Part shown: piece by piece, positions 27,978-37,784 of the stretch | How positions within the stretch are numbered: position 1 is the first letter of the stretch | Layout: every line of letters begins with the position of its first letter | IMG/VR virus record: IMGVR_UViG_3300033121_001840 | Location: 17,652 to 81,651 of that record | Source of the DNA: a virus | DNA: 64,000 nt | Direction: 5' to 3' (one strand) | Notes under the pieces: generated by a model | Seen by the model: the letters and a program-made list of their open reading frames with translations, nothing else | Databases searched by the model: none | What the model was told of the DNA's origin: nothing | Made by a program: the position numbers and the translations under genes

Positions 27978-28346
27978 ATGAGCGGACGCGACAAGTTTAT
28001 TGATGAATGCATGAATGGCAATATCGCAATTATCAATGATAAGCGATATGCAACTGTTATTCGTCATAAAACTAAGGGTGGAAAAAGAGTTGGAACCGTT
28101 TTTGTGGTAAAAACTCCTGGTGGAAAAATTTATGTCGGAGCGAGTAAATGCCGAAATGGCGACAAATTTGAAAAGCATTTGGGTATTTACTATGCCAGAA
28201 TTAATGCTGTTCCAATTTCTATTTCCTCGGTGAAGCGAAAACGGGTGACAAAGGAACTAAAGCAAGCTGTGCCTCTTAGTATGCTAGGAACGGTTGAAGA
28301 AGTCATTGAGACTATTTCTCATCGCAAATCTTTTGTAGGAAAGTAA
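27978..28346 (+). CDS. Hypothetical phage protein
   Basis: YVGASKCRNGDKFEK motif; ATG after GGAGG. Confidence 0.65.
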   Translation: MSGRDKFIDECMNGNIAIINDKRYATVIRHKTKGGKRVGTVFVVKTPGGKIYVGASKCRNGDKFEKHLGIYYARINAVPISISSVKRKRVTKELKQAVPLSMLGTVEEVIETISHRKSFVGK

Positions 28347-28347
28347 T

Positions 28348-29406
28348 ATGAAAATTAAAAAGAAACAACCACTAAAAACCAAAAACCATATTGTTTTGGT
28401 CGTCGATAGTTCCGGCTCTATGGGGATTATTCGTCGTCAAGCTATTGATGCTGTTAATAAACAATTCAATGAAATAAAAAAGCAATCCAAGGAAACCGGC
28501 CAGGAAACGCTCGTTACCTTCATTAAGTTCGCTAATAAGCCGGAAATTGTTTACTCGAACTTGCATGTTGACGACTTGGAAAATTTGTCCTATTCGGATT
28601 TTCAGCCAGATGGAATGACTGCTCTTTTTGATGCAGTTGGAAAAGCGGTTCATGAAGCTAGGCATTTCAGTGACAAAAATACATCGAATTTGATTTTGAT
28701 TATTACTGATGGCGAAGAAAATCTTAGTACGATATACTCAGCCGAAGATGTTAAAGCTATAATTGAAGGTCAAACAAAAGAAGGTAACTGGACTTTTGCT
28801 TTCCAGCTTCCTCGCGGTCACGCAGTTGGATTTTCTAAAAGGTTTGGCGTAAGTCTCGACAATATTCAGGAGTGGGACAATACGGAAATTGGCACTCAAG
28901 TTATGTCCGACGTTCAAACGTCTGGTATTGCTAATTACTATTCAGCACGTAGTGCTGGTAATATGAGCGTGGATAGTTTTTATACAAAAACCGATTTGTC
29001 TCATTTGAAGCCAAAACAGATTAAGACGAATCTGGTAGATATTAGCAATAAGTTCAAGATGTTTACTGTTGATAAGGAAGTACCGATTAAAGAATTTGTC
29101 CAAAAGAAAACTGGTAAAGATTATGTTATCGGCTCTGCCTTTTACGAACTAACCAAGACGGAACTGGTTCAACCAACGAAAGACGTTTTGATTATTGAAA
29201 AGGGCAAGAGCGAAGTTTGGGGTGGAGACAACGCTCGTAATCTCATTGGGCTCCCCAAGAACGCTAATGCCAAGGTGGAACCTTTTAATCACGCGAACTA
29301 CCAGGTGTTTGTGAACTCGACCAGTGTTAATAGAAAGTTGGTTAGAGGAACGAAGGTTTTGGTGGATGTGAATATGCAGGTAGGTAAGGAACCGACCTGG
29401 AAATAG
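28348..29406 (+). CDS. vWA-domain protein
   Basis: MIDAS VVDSSGSM, GMTALFDA, IITDGEEN. Confidence 0.9.
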   Translation: MKIKKKQPLKTKNHIVLVVDSSGSMGIIRRQAIDAVNKQFNEIKKQSKETGQETLVTFIKFANKPEIVYSNLHVDDLENLSYSDFQPDGMTALFDAVGKAVHEARHFSDKNTSNLILIITDGEENLSTIYSAEDVKAIIEGQTKEGNWTFAFQLPRGHAVGFSKRFGVSLDNIQEWDNTEIGTQVMSDVQTSGIANYYSARSAGNMSVDSFYTKTDLSHLKPKQIKTNLVDISNKFKMFTVDKEVPIKEFVQKKTGKDYVIGSAFYELTKTELVQPTKDVLIIEKGKSEVWGGDNARNLIGLPKNANAKVEPFNHANYQVFVNSTSVNRKLVRGTKVLVDVNMQVGKEPTWK

Positions 29407-29414
29407 AGTCTTCG

Positions 29415-29490
29415 GCCCCAGTACCGGCTCAGGTTTCTACCCTGTAGTACCGTAATTGGATTTATGTAGGTTCGAGTCCTGCCTGGGGTA
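29415..29490 (+). tRNA. Atypical tRNA lacking a normal D-arm, anticodon TCT (Arg)
   Basis: Acceptor GCCCCAG/CTGGGGT, stem CAGG/CCTG with loop TTTCTAC, T-arm GTAGG-TTCGAGT-CCTGC. Confidence 0.65.
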
Positions 29491-30043
29491 ATTCAATTTG
29501 ACCATGGTCGAACTCCCAATGGTGATTAGGACATAAAGGAACTAGATTTTTTATGTCATTTATCTCAGAAATCTTGGTGTTTTCGTCAAAGGTATTAATT
29601 GGCTTTATGTGTGCTATTTCTATAATTTTTGAATAGCCACAAATAGAACAGCGTGACCAACCAAGAGCCTTTGCAATACTTCTGGCTCTAGTTCTAACTA
29701 GAGCAAAAGCAGATGATTTATGAAGGTCTTGGTAAATTGCCTCGCCTAACGTAATATCACCGCGTTTAATATATTTGCATTCATCGCAAAATTTTCTTTT
29801 TTTTGGAGCTTTTATTAATCCGCATAACTCACAAGCTTTTAGTTCCTTTGCCTTCTTGGGTTTCATAGCGTTGTTGTGCTTTGCCGAGCATGTTTGTGAG
29901 CAAAATTTGTTATAATTAATTTTTCCTTTTGAAGTTCTTTTGTTTAGTTCTGTATTACAAAATCGGCAGAATTTTGTCTGTTCTGAAATTTGTAAGGCAC
30001 TTCTACGAGTGAATTTTGGAATGTGACCAGGAGGTTTTGACAT
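29462..30043 (-). CDS. HNH endonuclease between tRNA genes
   Basis: FCSQTC, CSICGY, EIAHIK, LCPNHHWEFD. Confidence 0.85.
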   Translation of the reverse strand: MSKPPGHIPKFTRRSALQISEQTKFCRFCNTELNKRTSKGKINYNKFCSQTCSAKHNNAMKPKKAKELKACELCGLIKAPKKRKFCDECKYIKRGDITLGEAIYQDLHKSSAFALVRTRARSIAKALGWSRCSICGYSKIIEIAHIKPINTFDENTKISEINDIKNLVPLCPNHHWEFDHGQIELPQAGLEPT

Positions 30044-30179
30044 GTGTAACCAGTTTTGAGAAATATTTTTGTCTCAAGATGGATACACCAAAATAAAAAA
30101 TATGTAGTATTACGGTTCGACTCCAAACAAGGTTGATATTAAGTCAACAGCCTAAGCCCTGCCAGGGTTAACTATATTA

Positions 30180-30250
30180 GCCATCATGCCAGAGTGGTTA
30201 TGGACTGGTCTTGTAAACCAGCTACGGTAGTTCGATTCTACCTGGTGGCT
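30180..30250 (+). tRNA. tRNA-Thr(TGT)
   Basis: Acceptor GCCATCA/TGGTGGC, loop CTTGTAA, TTCGATT. Confidence 0.9.
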
Positions 30251-30278
30251 TTTAAATCATAACAAAGGAACCAATAAA

Positions 30279-30641
30279 ATGAAAATCGAAAAATGGAAAA
30301 CATGCTGGCGGGAGAATGTAGCTCCAAATTTAACAACAAAAGGATTAAAAGGACTTTTGACTGCTTTAATTGATTGTGACCAAAATTTGGTTAAGGGATT
30401 AATAGTTGGGAAAAGTAACAAGTGTTATTCTCCAGCTGCAAAACCAGTTGTCGGATGTGCCATAGGATACAGCATGATTAAGAGCGGTTATAGGACATGT
30501 TTGTCAATACACAATAAATACGCTAAGTTTCGGAATATTTCAGATTTTACTTTTTGGTTTGACCACACTCCTATTGAAGAAATTAGAATTGAATTAGTAA
30601 AGGAAGTTAGAAAAACTCTTTCCAAAAGATTTTGCAAATAA
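30279..30641 (+). CDS. Hypothetical protein
   Basis: 120-aa ORF with AAGGA RBS. Confidence 0.65.
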   Translation: MKIEKWKTCWRENVAPNLTTKGLKGLLTALIDCDQNLVKGLIVGKSNKCYSPAAKPVVGCAIGYSMIKSGYRTCLSIHNKYAKFRNISDFTFWFDHTPIEEIRIELVKEVRKTLSKRFCK

Positions 30642-30650
30642 GCATAGTTT

Positions 30651-30722
30651 GCGCTTGTGGTGTAGTTGGAAACATGCCAGTCTTCCAAATTGGCGTCGTC
30701 AGTTCGAACCTGACCAGGCGTA
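30651..30722 (+). tRNA. tRNA-Gly(TCC)
   Basis: Acceptor GCGCTTG/CAGGCGT, loop CTTCCAA, TTCGAAC. Confidence 0.9.
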
Positions 30723-30915
30723 CTTTATGTTATCAGCAGAGAAGTGAATATGAATGAAAAACTTTTTTTAAAGACGACACATGAATGGTTACTTCGCTTC
30801 GTTTTAGAATCAGCGACTTACAAAAGTTCTATTGGGCTTGGGGATAGAAAGTTCCATTCGCATCATATCGACGCTATAATAAAAGCTATTATGCCTATTA
30901 TTGAAGAACTTATCG

Positions 30916-31551
30916 ATGAACGACGTTCCGACGTTTGAACAGCTGAAACGTAAGACTTATCAAAAAGTCATGATGACACCACAAGACCCTCTTCCGCCAG
31001 GCGTGGAGGGAAGTGATATCGTTCTTCATTTGCCAATTCTCGAATATTACGCAAGTCTCTGTTCTCATGTAACTGAATTTGGCTTCCGAACCGGTCAAAG
31101 CACTGTAGCATTGATAGCTGGATGCAAAAAGTATATTCACAGCTACGACATAGAACGAACACAAGAAGTTAACATATTTCGATATACGCAGCTTCCCTGC
31201 ATAAGTTGGCAGTTTCATCGAGCTGACACAGGTTCTTCGGAAACAAAAGTTGAACAAACAGAATTTCTTTTGGTGGACACGCTTCATACTTACGAACACG
31301 TCAAAAAAGAACTTGATTTGTTCGGCTGTAAAGTAAGTCGTTTTATAGCCTTTCACGACACTTTTACTTGCGGTGATTTAGACATATCTGGCCCCAACCC
31401 CAAAGCCAAAGGAATTAACAGTGCAATTCGCGAATTTATGGAGGCGAACAATTGGTACACGGTATATAAAACTGATTGTTGCAATGGATTGTGGATAATC
31501 AAAAAATATTACGTTTCTGAACATGTTTTTGGTGCAACGTTCGGCGGATAG
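30916..31551 (+). CDS. Class I SAM-dependent methyltransferase-like protein
   Basis: VTEFGFRTGQST, VDTLHTY, FHDT. Confidence 0.75.
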   Translation: MNDVPTFEQLKRKTYQKVMMTPQDPLPPGVEGSDIVLHLPILEYYASLCSHVTEFGFRTGQSTVALIAGCKKYIHSYDIERTQEVNIFRYTQLPCISWQFHRADTGSSETKVEQTEFLLVDTLHTYEHVKKELDLFGCKVSRFIAFHDTFTCGDLDISGPNPKAKGINSAIREFMEANNWYTVYKTDCCNGLWIIKKYYVSEHVFGATFGG

Positions 31552-31639
31552 GGAGCGGCTCCTATTGGTTAGGAACTAGCTGTACACTAGGTGGTTACCG
31601 CTATAGGTAACGTAGTACGTTCGAATCGTACCCGCTCCA
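31552..31639 (+). tRNA. tRNA-Tyr(GTA)
   Basis: Acceptor GGAGCGG/CCGCTCC, loop CTGTACA, long variable arm, TTCGAAT. Confidence 0.85.
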
Positions 31640-31651
31640 TTAAGGATTATC

Positions 31652-32062
31652 ATGAATATCAAAGTATTGAAAAATCTTGAGAAGTATCCAGAAATTCGTG
31701 ACCATGTTGCTGAGGTTAACGGCTGGATTTTTCGTAACGAATATACCTGGTGGGTTTTCCTTGATGGGTCAGATTGGGTGGCTTACGCCGGATTGTCATT
31801 TTACAACAAAAACACTTTTTATCTCGGACCAACATTTGTAAAAGAGTCATATAGAGGATTAGGCTACCAATCTTGGCTCATTCAATTGAGAGAAAAATAC
31901 GCCTTAGAACAAGGTATTGAAAGAATGATTACGTTTGTTGAAAAAACAAATGTTTTCAGTTTGAAGAACCTTAAAAAGAATAGCTATCAAATTATTCAAT
32001 TGGCGGATAATTACTATCCAAAAACATATTTTCGTTTAGAAAAGCGTCTTAATTTGGTTTAA
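31652..32062 (+). CDS. GNAT acetyltransferase
   Basis: FVKESYRGLGY motif A; N..SL.NL. Confidence 0.8.
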   Translation: MNIKVLKNLEKYPEIRDHVAEVNGWIFRNEYTWWVFLDGSDWVAYAGLSFYNKNTFYLGPTFVKESYRGLGYQSWLIQLREKYALEQGIERMITFVEKTNVFSLKNLKKNSYQIIQLADNYYPKTYFRLEKRLNLV

Positions 32063-32081
32063 TTATATAGGGAGAAACAAA

Positions 32082-32429
32082 ATGAAACATATAGTCGGAT
32101 ACTTATTGATTTGTCTTTTGTCTTTCGGGGCTGGCTGGCTTGCGAGAGATGCTTCACATGAGCATGTGATTATCGAGCTAAAGAAAGATTGTTGCCAACC
32201 TAAAGTTAAAGGTTGTCATTGTTCCGATAATGTATGTAAGTGTAAATCGGTTACCAGCTGCGACTGCTGGGGAAAAGAATTTTGTAAGTGCGAGCCTGTT
32301 ATTGGTTGTGATTGTGACAAAACAGTTAAATCATTTATGGTGAAAGAATTGGTTAGAATCAACCAGCGAATTTTTAAGATTGAAGATAAACTAAAAGATA
32401 AGGTTATTGAATTCTGTCCGCAAAAATAA
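32082..32429 (+). CDS. Membrane-anchored Cys-rich protein
   Basis: N-terminal TM; repeated CxC. Confidence 0.6.
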   Translation: MKHIVGYLLICLLSFGAGWLARDASHEHVIIELKKDCCQPKVKGCHCSDNVCKCKSVTSCDCWGKEFCKCEPVIGCDCDKTVKSFMVKELVRINQRIFKIEDKLKDKVIEFCPQK

Positions 32430-32457
32430 GTGCTAAAGCACTTAATTCACAATTAAC

Positions 32458-32495
32458 ATGAAGCGACGGAATTTATTCCGTCGCTTCATTTTATT
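32458..32495 (+). terminator. Intrinsic terminator
   Basis: ATGAAGCGACGGAAT-TT-ATTCCGTCGCTTCAT then TTT. Confidence 0.75.
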
Positions 32496-32509
32496 AAAAG
32501 GGGATTGGT

Positions 32510-32842
32510 ATGGAAGTTGCTATCTGGACTACTGTGTCAGCGGCTGTTGCCTCGGCAGCTACTTTTCTGATTCCTAAACTTCTTGAATACCTAAAACAGC
32601 GTTCTGATGAGACGTTGGCTCAGGAGAAACGGGCTGGTGACGAACGAAAATCGGAGACAGAGCAGGCTTTGTCGATGTACCGAGAATTAATAGAAGAGCT
32701 CAAGGTCGATATTAGAAATCTGATGACTGAGCTTGACAAACTCAACAAAGAACATGCTTCCTGCCGAGAAGAAAACGCTGCTTTGCGAGCTGAAGTGAAA
32801 GCTCTTACTGACAGAATCGAGCAACTCGAAAAAAAAACGTAG
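32510..32842 (+). CDS. TM plus coiled-coil protein (holin-like?)
   Basis: Single N-terminal TM, long coiled coil. Confidence 0.6.
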   Translation: MEVAIWTTVSAAVASAATFLIPKLLEYLKQRSDETLAQEKRAGDERKSETEQALSMYRELIEELKVDIRNLMTELDKLNKEHASCREENAALRAEVKALTDRIEQLEKKT

Positions 32843-32860
32843 TTCCATACGGACACGCTA

Positions 32861-32888
32861 TTGACAATGTCGCTTTTCCTGTTATACT
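32861..32888 (+). promoter_or_regulatory. Sigma70-type promoter with upstream operator-like site
   Basis: TTGACA-16-TATACT; GTTCCATACGGACA at 32842-32855. Confidence 0.7.
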
Positions 32889-32931
32889 GTAAATATACCA
32901 GTCAGGAAAACTTTTTTTGGAGAAGCGACAT

Positions 32932-34281
32932 ATGCAGACAGAACTCAAGGGAACTTATCAGGTTTGGAACTTCGGCGGAAACATTCGTAAATATGCCGAT
33001 GTAAATCTTTCATATCAAGAAGCTAAAGAACTTATTAAATCTACTCGCTATTCCGCCTTAACTGGAAGTGGCGAACAACGAGCCGTAATGGACTCGCACG
33101 TTCGCAAACTCAAGCGGGAAATTATTTCTGGAAATTACACGCCAACCCAAATGAGCGCCGGTCTCCAAAAGAAGCACCGAGCCAAACTCGTCCTTCAAGA
33201 AGAAAACAAATCGTTTTCACTTCCTATTGACTCTTCTGACCCGCTTTCTCAAACTGACGGCGGTCACCGTTACAGTGCTTTCAATACGATTGAGTCGGAA
33301 CTTTTACAGCAGCTCAAAAAAGCTGATGAAAAAGAGAAGCTTAAGATTGAACAACGACTTGAGGAATTACGTAATCTTCCGTGTGGTTTTCGCATTTATT
33401 TTGACGGAAACCCGAAGGCTGACTTTATCAATCTCCAGGCTGGCCGACCTGTCGATAATTCACATATGTTTAGCCTGAAAATTCAGCAGCAAGTTGTTGA
33501 TGACCCAAGTTTCAAACTCGCATTCAATATCGCAAAATGTCTGCATAAGGACCAGGCTTCGCCATTCTACGAACTTATTCGTTTTGATTCACGTATTCTC
33601 GAAAAAGGTAGTTTGGTCAAACAAATTCCTATTTCGACGTTGTGTGCTAAAGGCACCTCAGACATTGGCGTTAGCTTGATTGGACTTGCTCGCGTTGGTA
33701 TTTTATTTGGTTGTGACCAGGCCGACGTACTTGCTAAATTCGTAACTATTGTCTCCTCAGTTGTTTCCGGTAGCACACTTGGGCAAGCTGGTAAGGTTTT
33801 GACACCTCCTCGCAATAGTGGCAGCAAGGGCAGCTCCACCATGCTCGTTGGCGTCGGTATTGCTTTGTCCTATCGCGTTCTCGCCGAAGGACGACTTGAG
33901 CCGACAGACGAAGATAAGAATTGGCTTGAAGCATGCCTGCAAAAAACTCTTGATGTTGAAATCGATGGTAATTTTTCTGGCGTGTTCAAGCGACGTGTTC
34001 TTGGCGATTTTATTCGCTCATACCTGGATTCTGGCGAATTGCATGATGGAATTCCCGTCCGTCTATTGGAAACACTGTCTGCATCTACTTACGGGGCCGA
34101 ATCATTGCCGAAGAAACGTAAGCAGGAAAGTGTTCAGGTAGAGAATCAGCCTGTTGCTCAAGAGACGCAAGCGATTCAAGAAGTGACTCAAGAACCAATT
34201 CCCGATACTGTTCCGGTAGTAGTCACTCAGTCTTCAAGTTCTGTCGCCGAAATTGCTCCATGGGACGAAGTGCAGGCATAA
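32932..34281 (+). CDS. DGQHR/DndB-like (ParB-superfamily) protein
   Basis: EQRA..HV.KL, QTDGGHR, DFINLQ. Confidence 0.6.
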   Translation: MQTELKGTYQVWNFGGNIRKYADVNLSYQEAKELIKSTRYSALTGSGEQRAVMDSHVRKLKREIISGNYTPTQMSAGLQKKHRAKLVLQEENKSFSLPIDSSDPLSQTDGGHRYSAFNTIESELLQQLKKADEKEKLKIEQRLEELRNLPCGFRIYFDGNPKADFINLQAGRPVDNSHMFSLKIQQQVVDDPSFKLAFNIAKCLHKDQASPFYELIRFDSRILEKGSLVKQIPISTLCAKGTSDIGVSLIGLARVGILFGCDQADVLAKFVTIVSSVVSGSTLGQAGKVLTPPRNSGSKGSSTMLVGVGIALSYRVLAEGRLEPTDEDKNWLEACLQKTLDVEIDGNFSGVFKRRVLGDFIRSYLDSGELHDGIPVRLLETLSASTYGAESLPKKRKQESVQVENQPVAQETQAIQEVTQEPIPDTVPVVVTQSSSSVAEIAPWDEVQA

Positions 34282-34600
34282 TTACTAACGTTAATATTCT
34301 CTAAACCTTATTATTGGGAGAAGAAATGCTTTCCGATGTTATGGACAAGGTAATCGAACTTGGTAATGCCATTGAGTCAACAAAAACAAACGAAGAAAAA
34401 GCTAAATTTTGCGAATCTTTGCTTGATGTTGTTGATGAATTAGTAGAAAAGCATGGTTCAGATTTGGATGGTCTGGAGTTCCCAGAAGATGCTTTTGCTA
34501 GAATTGATAAGGTAGCGAACAGTAAAACCAAAAAACATTTTTTGTTTTCGACTTTGCTACACCTTGTTAGTATTGTTGACCCTAATAATGAGAACTTGTA

Positions 34601-35695
34601 GTGAATATTAATCTGACCTGCCCGATAAACACATTGGGCTATGGAGTCGTCTCAACGAACATAGCCCTTTCTCTCGAACGTCTTGGTAACACCCCTTCCC
34701 TTTGGACAATCGGAAACCCAGAGATTGAAGGGGATGATAATGTCAGGCTCATTCGTAACATGCTTTCAAGAACAGCATTTTACGATAATACTTCCCCTTC
34801 CCTGCGTATATATCACCAATTCGACCTAGCTCAACACGTAGGTAAGGGGATTCATTGCTCTTTTCCGATTTTTGAACTCGATACATTTACCGACCGAGAA
34901 AAGCACCACCTTCAGTCACAAGATTTGATTTTCGTTGCGTCTGAATGGGCAAAGTCGGTAATCGTCCAGAACGGTATTACTAAACCAGTCGTCGTAGTCC
35001 CTTTCGGTGTTGATAAACAAACTTTTTTTGGTGGTATTAACCAGTCTCCAAAAACTGTTTTTTTAAATGTTGGTAAATGGGAGATAAGAAAAGGTCATGA
35101 TGTTCTTGTTGAGGCTTTCAATAAGGCGTTTTCGGCCAGTGACGAAGTCGAATTAGTTATGTTATGCCAAAATCCAGTAGTTCGACAAAATGGAGAAAAA
35201 TACAATTCTGACTGGAATAAATTGTATCTGTCGTCAACGCTTGGTCAGGCCGGAAAAATTCGTTTGTTACCAAGACTAAAATCTCATTCGCAAGTGGCTG
35301 ACGTGATGAGACAAGCTGATTGCGGGGTTTTTCCCGCTCGGGCTGAGGGGTGGAACCTTGAGCTGGCTGAAATGCTGGCGATGGGCAAACACTGTATTGC
35401 CACAAACTATTCGGCTCACACACAATATTGTACACCAAAAAACACTAGAATGGTACATACGGATACCCTGTCACCAGCTTATGACGGTGTATGGTTTCAT
35501 GGACAAGGCAACTGGGCTGAATTTGGTGAAGCTCAAGTGGAGCAATTAGTTAAGGAAATGCGAGATATTCATCGCATGAAGCAATGCGGTGAGCTTGGAG
35601 TTAACGAAGAAGGAAAAAAGACTTTTGGAGAGATGACATGGCAAAGAACAGTAGAGTTAATTACGAGCGGGTTATCACAATACGCTCAGCCGTAA
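34601..35695 (+). CDS. GT4-family glycosyltransferase
   Basis: VGKWEIRKG, RAEGWNLELAEMLAMG. Confidence 0.9.
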   Translation: MNINLTCPINTLGYGVVSTNIALSLERLGNTPSLWTIGNPEIEGDDNVRLIRNMLSRTAFYDNTSPSLRIYHQFDLAQHVGKGIHCSFPIFELDTFTDREKHHLQSQDLIFVASEWAKSVIVQNGITKPVVVVPFGVDKQTFFGGINQSPKTVFLNVGKWEIRKGHDVLVEAFNKAFSASDEVELVMLCQNPVVRQNGEKYNSDWNKLYLSSTLGQAGKIRLLPRLKSHSQVADVMRQADCGVFPARAEGWNLELAEMLAMGKHCIATNYSAHTQYCTPKNTRMVHTDTLSPAYDGVWFHGQGNWAEFGEAQVEQLVKEMRDIHRMKQCGELGVNEEGKKTFGEMTWQRTVELITSGLSQYAQP

Positions 35696-36093
35696 AAGAC
35701 GATATTTATTATGGATTGTTGGATTGTTTTCAAGCATTCGGACCTACGGTCGATGCAGTTAAGGCCGAAAATCAATTTGAAAGCCGATTGTCTCAATCTA
35801 TAAAAACGTTTGTTGCATGTGAAGACGACCAAAAAGTTCTCGGCACTATATCTCTTATTCTTAAACCTAGTTTCAATCATAACGGTAAATCAGCCGCTAT
35901 TATCGAAGACGTAATTACTAACCCGTCGTATCGAAATCTTGGGATAGCTTCCCTATTAGTCAAACATGCAATCTCATATTGTCGCCAAAGGGACTGTTAC
36001 AAAGTAATCCTTAACTGCAAGAAAGAACTTGAGCCGTTCTATGAAAAATTTGGCTTTACTGTAAACGAAAATGAGTTGAGGCTCAACCTGTGA
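35638..36093 (+). CDS. Glucosamine-6-phosphate N-acetyltransferase (GNA1-like GNAT)
   Basis: IIEDVI...YRNLG...CYKVILNC...FYEKFGF; start uncertain. Confidence 0.8.
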   Translation: MAKNSRVNYERVITIRSAVKDDIYYGLLDCFQAFGPTVDAVKAENQFESRLSQSIKTFVACEDDQKVLGTISLILKPSFNHNGKSAAIIEDVITNPSYRNLGIASLLVKHAISYCRQRDCYKVILNCKKELEPFYEKFGFTVNENELRLNL

Positions 36094-36587
36094 ACTTTCA
36101 AGATAACTTAAAGTGCGGCAAGCGTGGCGAAAAGATTGTTTGCAACTTTTTGGATTCAAAAAACATTCCTTTTACTTTGAATACTTCAAGTAAGTTGAAG
36201 AATTTAGCAAAGTGGGATATCGGCTTTATTATTAACGGTCAGGTCATAAAGGTTGAAGTTAAGTTCGATTTGATGGCCAGCAAAACCGGTAATATGGCTA
36301 TTGAGTTTTTTAACACTAAAATGTGTAAGCCGAGCGGAATCGATGCCACCGATTCCGCATTGTGGGTAGTGGTATTAGAATCTAAAGGTTACGTTTGTTC
36401 GGTAGGAAAACTAAAAGACTTTATCAAAAGGAATAAACCGCTTAAAACCATAATTAGCGGTGGAGACAAAAATGCGTCGTTGTACATTTACAAGTTAGAA
36501 CACATACTGCCTATTTTCCGACTACTTGACGAGAACATTTGCGAGTCGTTCTTGGTCGAAGAGGCTAACTGGAAACCTGTAATATGA
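36090..36587 (+). CDS. PD-(D/E)xK nuclease-like protein
   Basis: WDI...VEVKFD...TGNMAIE. Confidence 0.7.
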   Translation: MNFQDNLKCGKRGEKIVCNFLDSKNIPFTLNTSSKLKNLAKWDIGFIINGQVIKVEVKFDLMASKTGNMAIEFFNTKMCKPSGIDATDSALWVVVLESKGYVCSVGKLKDFIKRNKPLKTIISGGDKNASLYIYKLEHILPIFRLLDENICESFLVEEANWKPVI

Positions 36588-36973
36588 ACTGGAAATTCTG
36601 GGAAAAACCCAAAAAGAAAAAACTTATTTTGACAATCGAAATAGATTACGACAAAAATTTGATAATAAAGGCCGATTGGGACAAACCTAGTCAAGAGAAT
36701 GAGCTTGATTTAGCTAATGATATAGCTGCTACTATTATTTTACTGACTAATGGACATTTGAACGAAGCCATCGGCTCGGCGATTATATCAGCAGGAAGTG
36801 AAAATAATAATGAGGGACTTGCTTCCACAATACTAAAGTTAGTAACGGAACTTGGGTCAAATTACGTTAAAAGAAATGTCGAAGAAGTTTTAGTCCCGAA
36901 ATCTCACCAGGTGTTTTCTAACTCTAATTATTTCGTTGGAGATAATGATGATAACAACCAAGATTATAGCTGA
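36584..36973 (+). CDS. Hypothetical protein
   Basis: Translationally coupled ORF. Confidence 0.6.
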   Translation: MNWKFWEKPKKKKLILTIEIDYDKNLIIKADWDKPSQENELDLANDIAATIILLTNGHLNEAIGSAIISAGSENNNEGLASTILKLVTELGSNYVKRNVEEVLVPKSHQVFSNSNYFVGDNDDNNQDYS

Positions 36974-37784
36974 TTCAATCAATCCTGTAGGAAATCGCCT
37001 AACGACATTCGTTTGTAAATATCCTCGCTTTATTCATTCGGAAGTAATGACCCATCGAGATAAAAGTAGAAATGCCGCCTCAAGCCGTGCAATTCCGGTT
37101 TGGAAGATGCTTAATCTCGTCATATCTGAACCGGCCATGCCTCTTCATTGGGGCCAAAATCAAAGCGGAATGCAAGCTGAATTTGAATTACCGAAACATA
37201 AGCAGTGGCTTGCGAAAGCACTTTGGATTGGTTCGAGTTATTTTCAGGTTGGTGTAGCATGGGCTATGTCGAAACTAGGCGTCCACAAGCAAATAACTAA
37301 TCGATTGATTGAGCCATGGGCTCATATGACGGTAATTATTTCAGGAACAGAGTGGGGAAACTTTTTTAATTTAAGGGCTCATCCTGATGCTCAACCGGAA
37401 TTTCAAGACTTGGCTTACAGCATGCTTCACGATTACAGATGGAGTACGCCAAAACAGTTAGAAGCTGGTCAGTGGCATTTACCGTTTGCTGGTGCTGCGC
37501 ATGGATATACAAACGAACAACTTTTGAAGATTGTGACAGCTCGTTGTGCCCGAGTAAGTTATTTGAATTTCGAAGGCGATATTGACCCAGCAAAAGACTA
37601 CTCTCTTCACGATAGACTTTTGGAACAAGGACATATGAGTCCGTTTGAACATGCCGCCCGAGCCGAAGCAGAACCTGTAATGTCAGGTAACTTCCGTGGG
37701 TTCACTCAGTACAGAAAGATGATTAAGAACGAAAATCGAAGTATTTTTAATCCAGAAGAACTTATTAATAGCAGGAGAATATAA
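36945..37784 (+). CDS. thyX: FAD-dependent thymidylate synthase (ThyX-like)
   Basis: PRFIHSEVMTHR..SRNAASSRAIP; LRAHPDAQPE; HMSPFEH. Confidence 0.8.
   Translation: MMITTKIIADSINPVGNRLTTFVCKYPRFIHSEVMTHRDKSRNAASSRAIPVWKMLNLVISEPAMPLHWGQNQSGMQAEFELPKHKQWLAKALWIGSSYFQVGVAWAMSKLGVHKQITNRLIEPWAHMTVIISGTEWGNFFNLRAHPDAQPEFQDLAYSMLHDYRWSTPKQLEAGQWHLPFAGAAHGYTNEQLLKIVTARCARVSYLNFEGDIDPAKDYSLHDRLLEQGHMSPFEHAARAEAEPVMSGNFRGFTQYRKMIKNENRSIFNPEELINSRRI

Noticed and set aside
30114..30124. T-loop-like GGTTCGACTCC
   Set aside because: No acceptor or anticodon arm; at most a tRNA remnant
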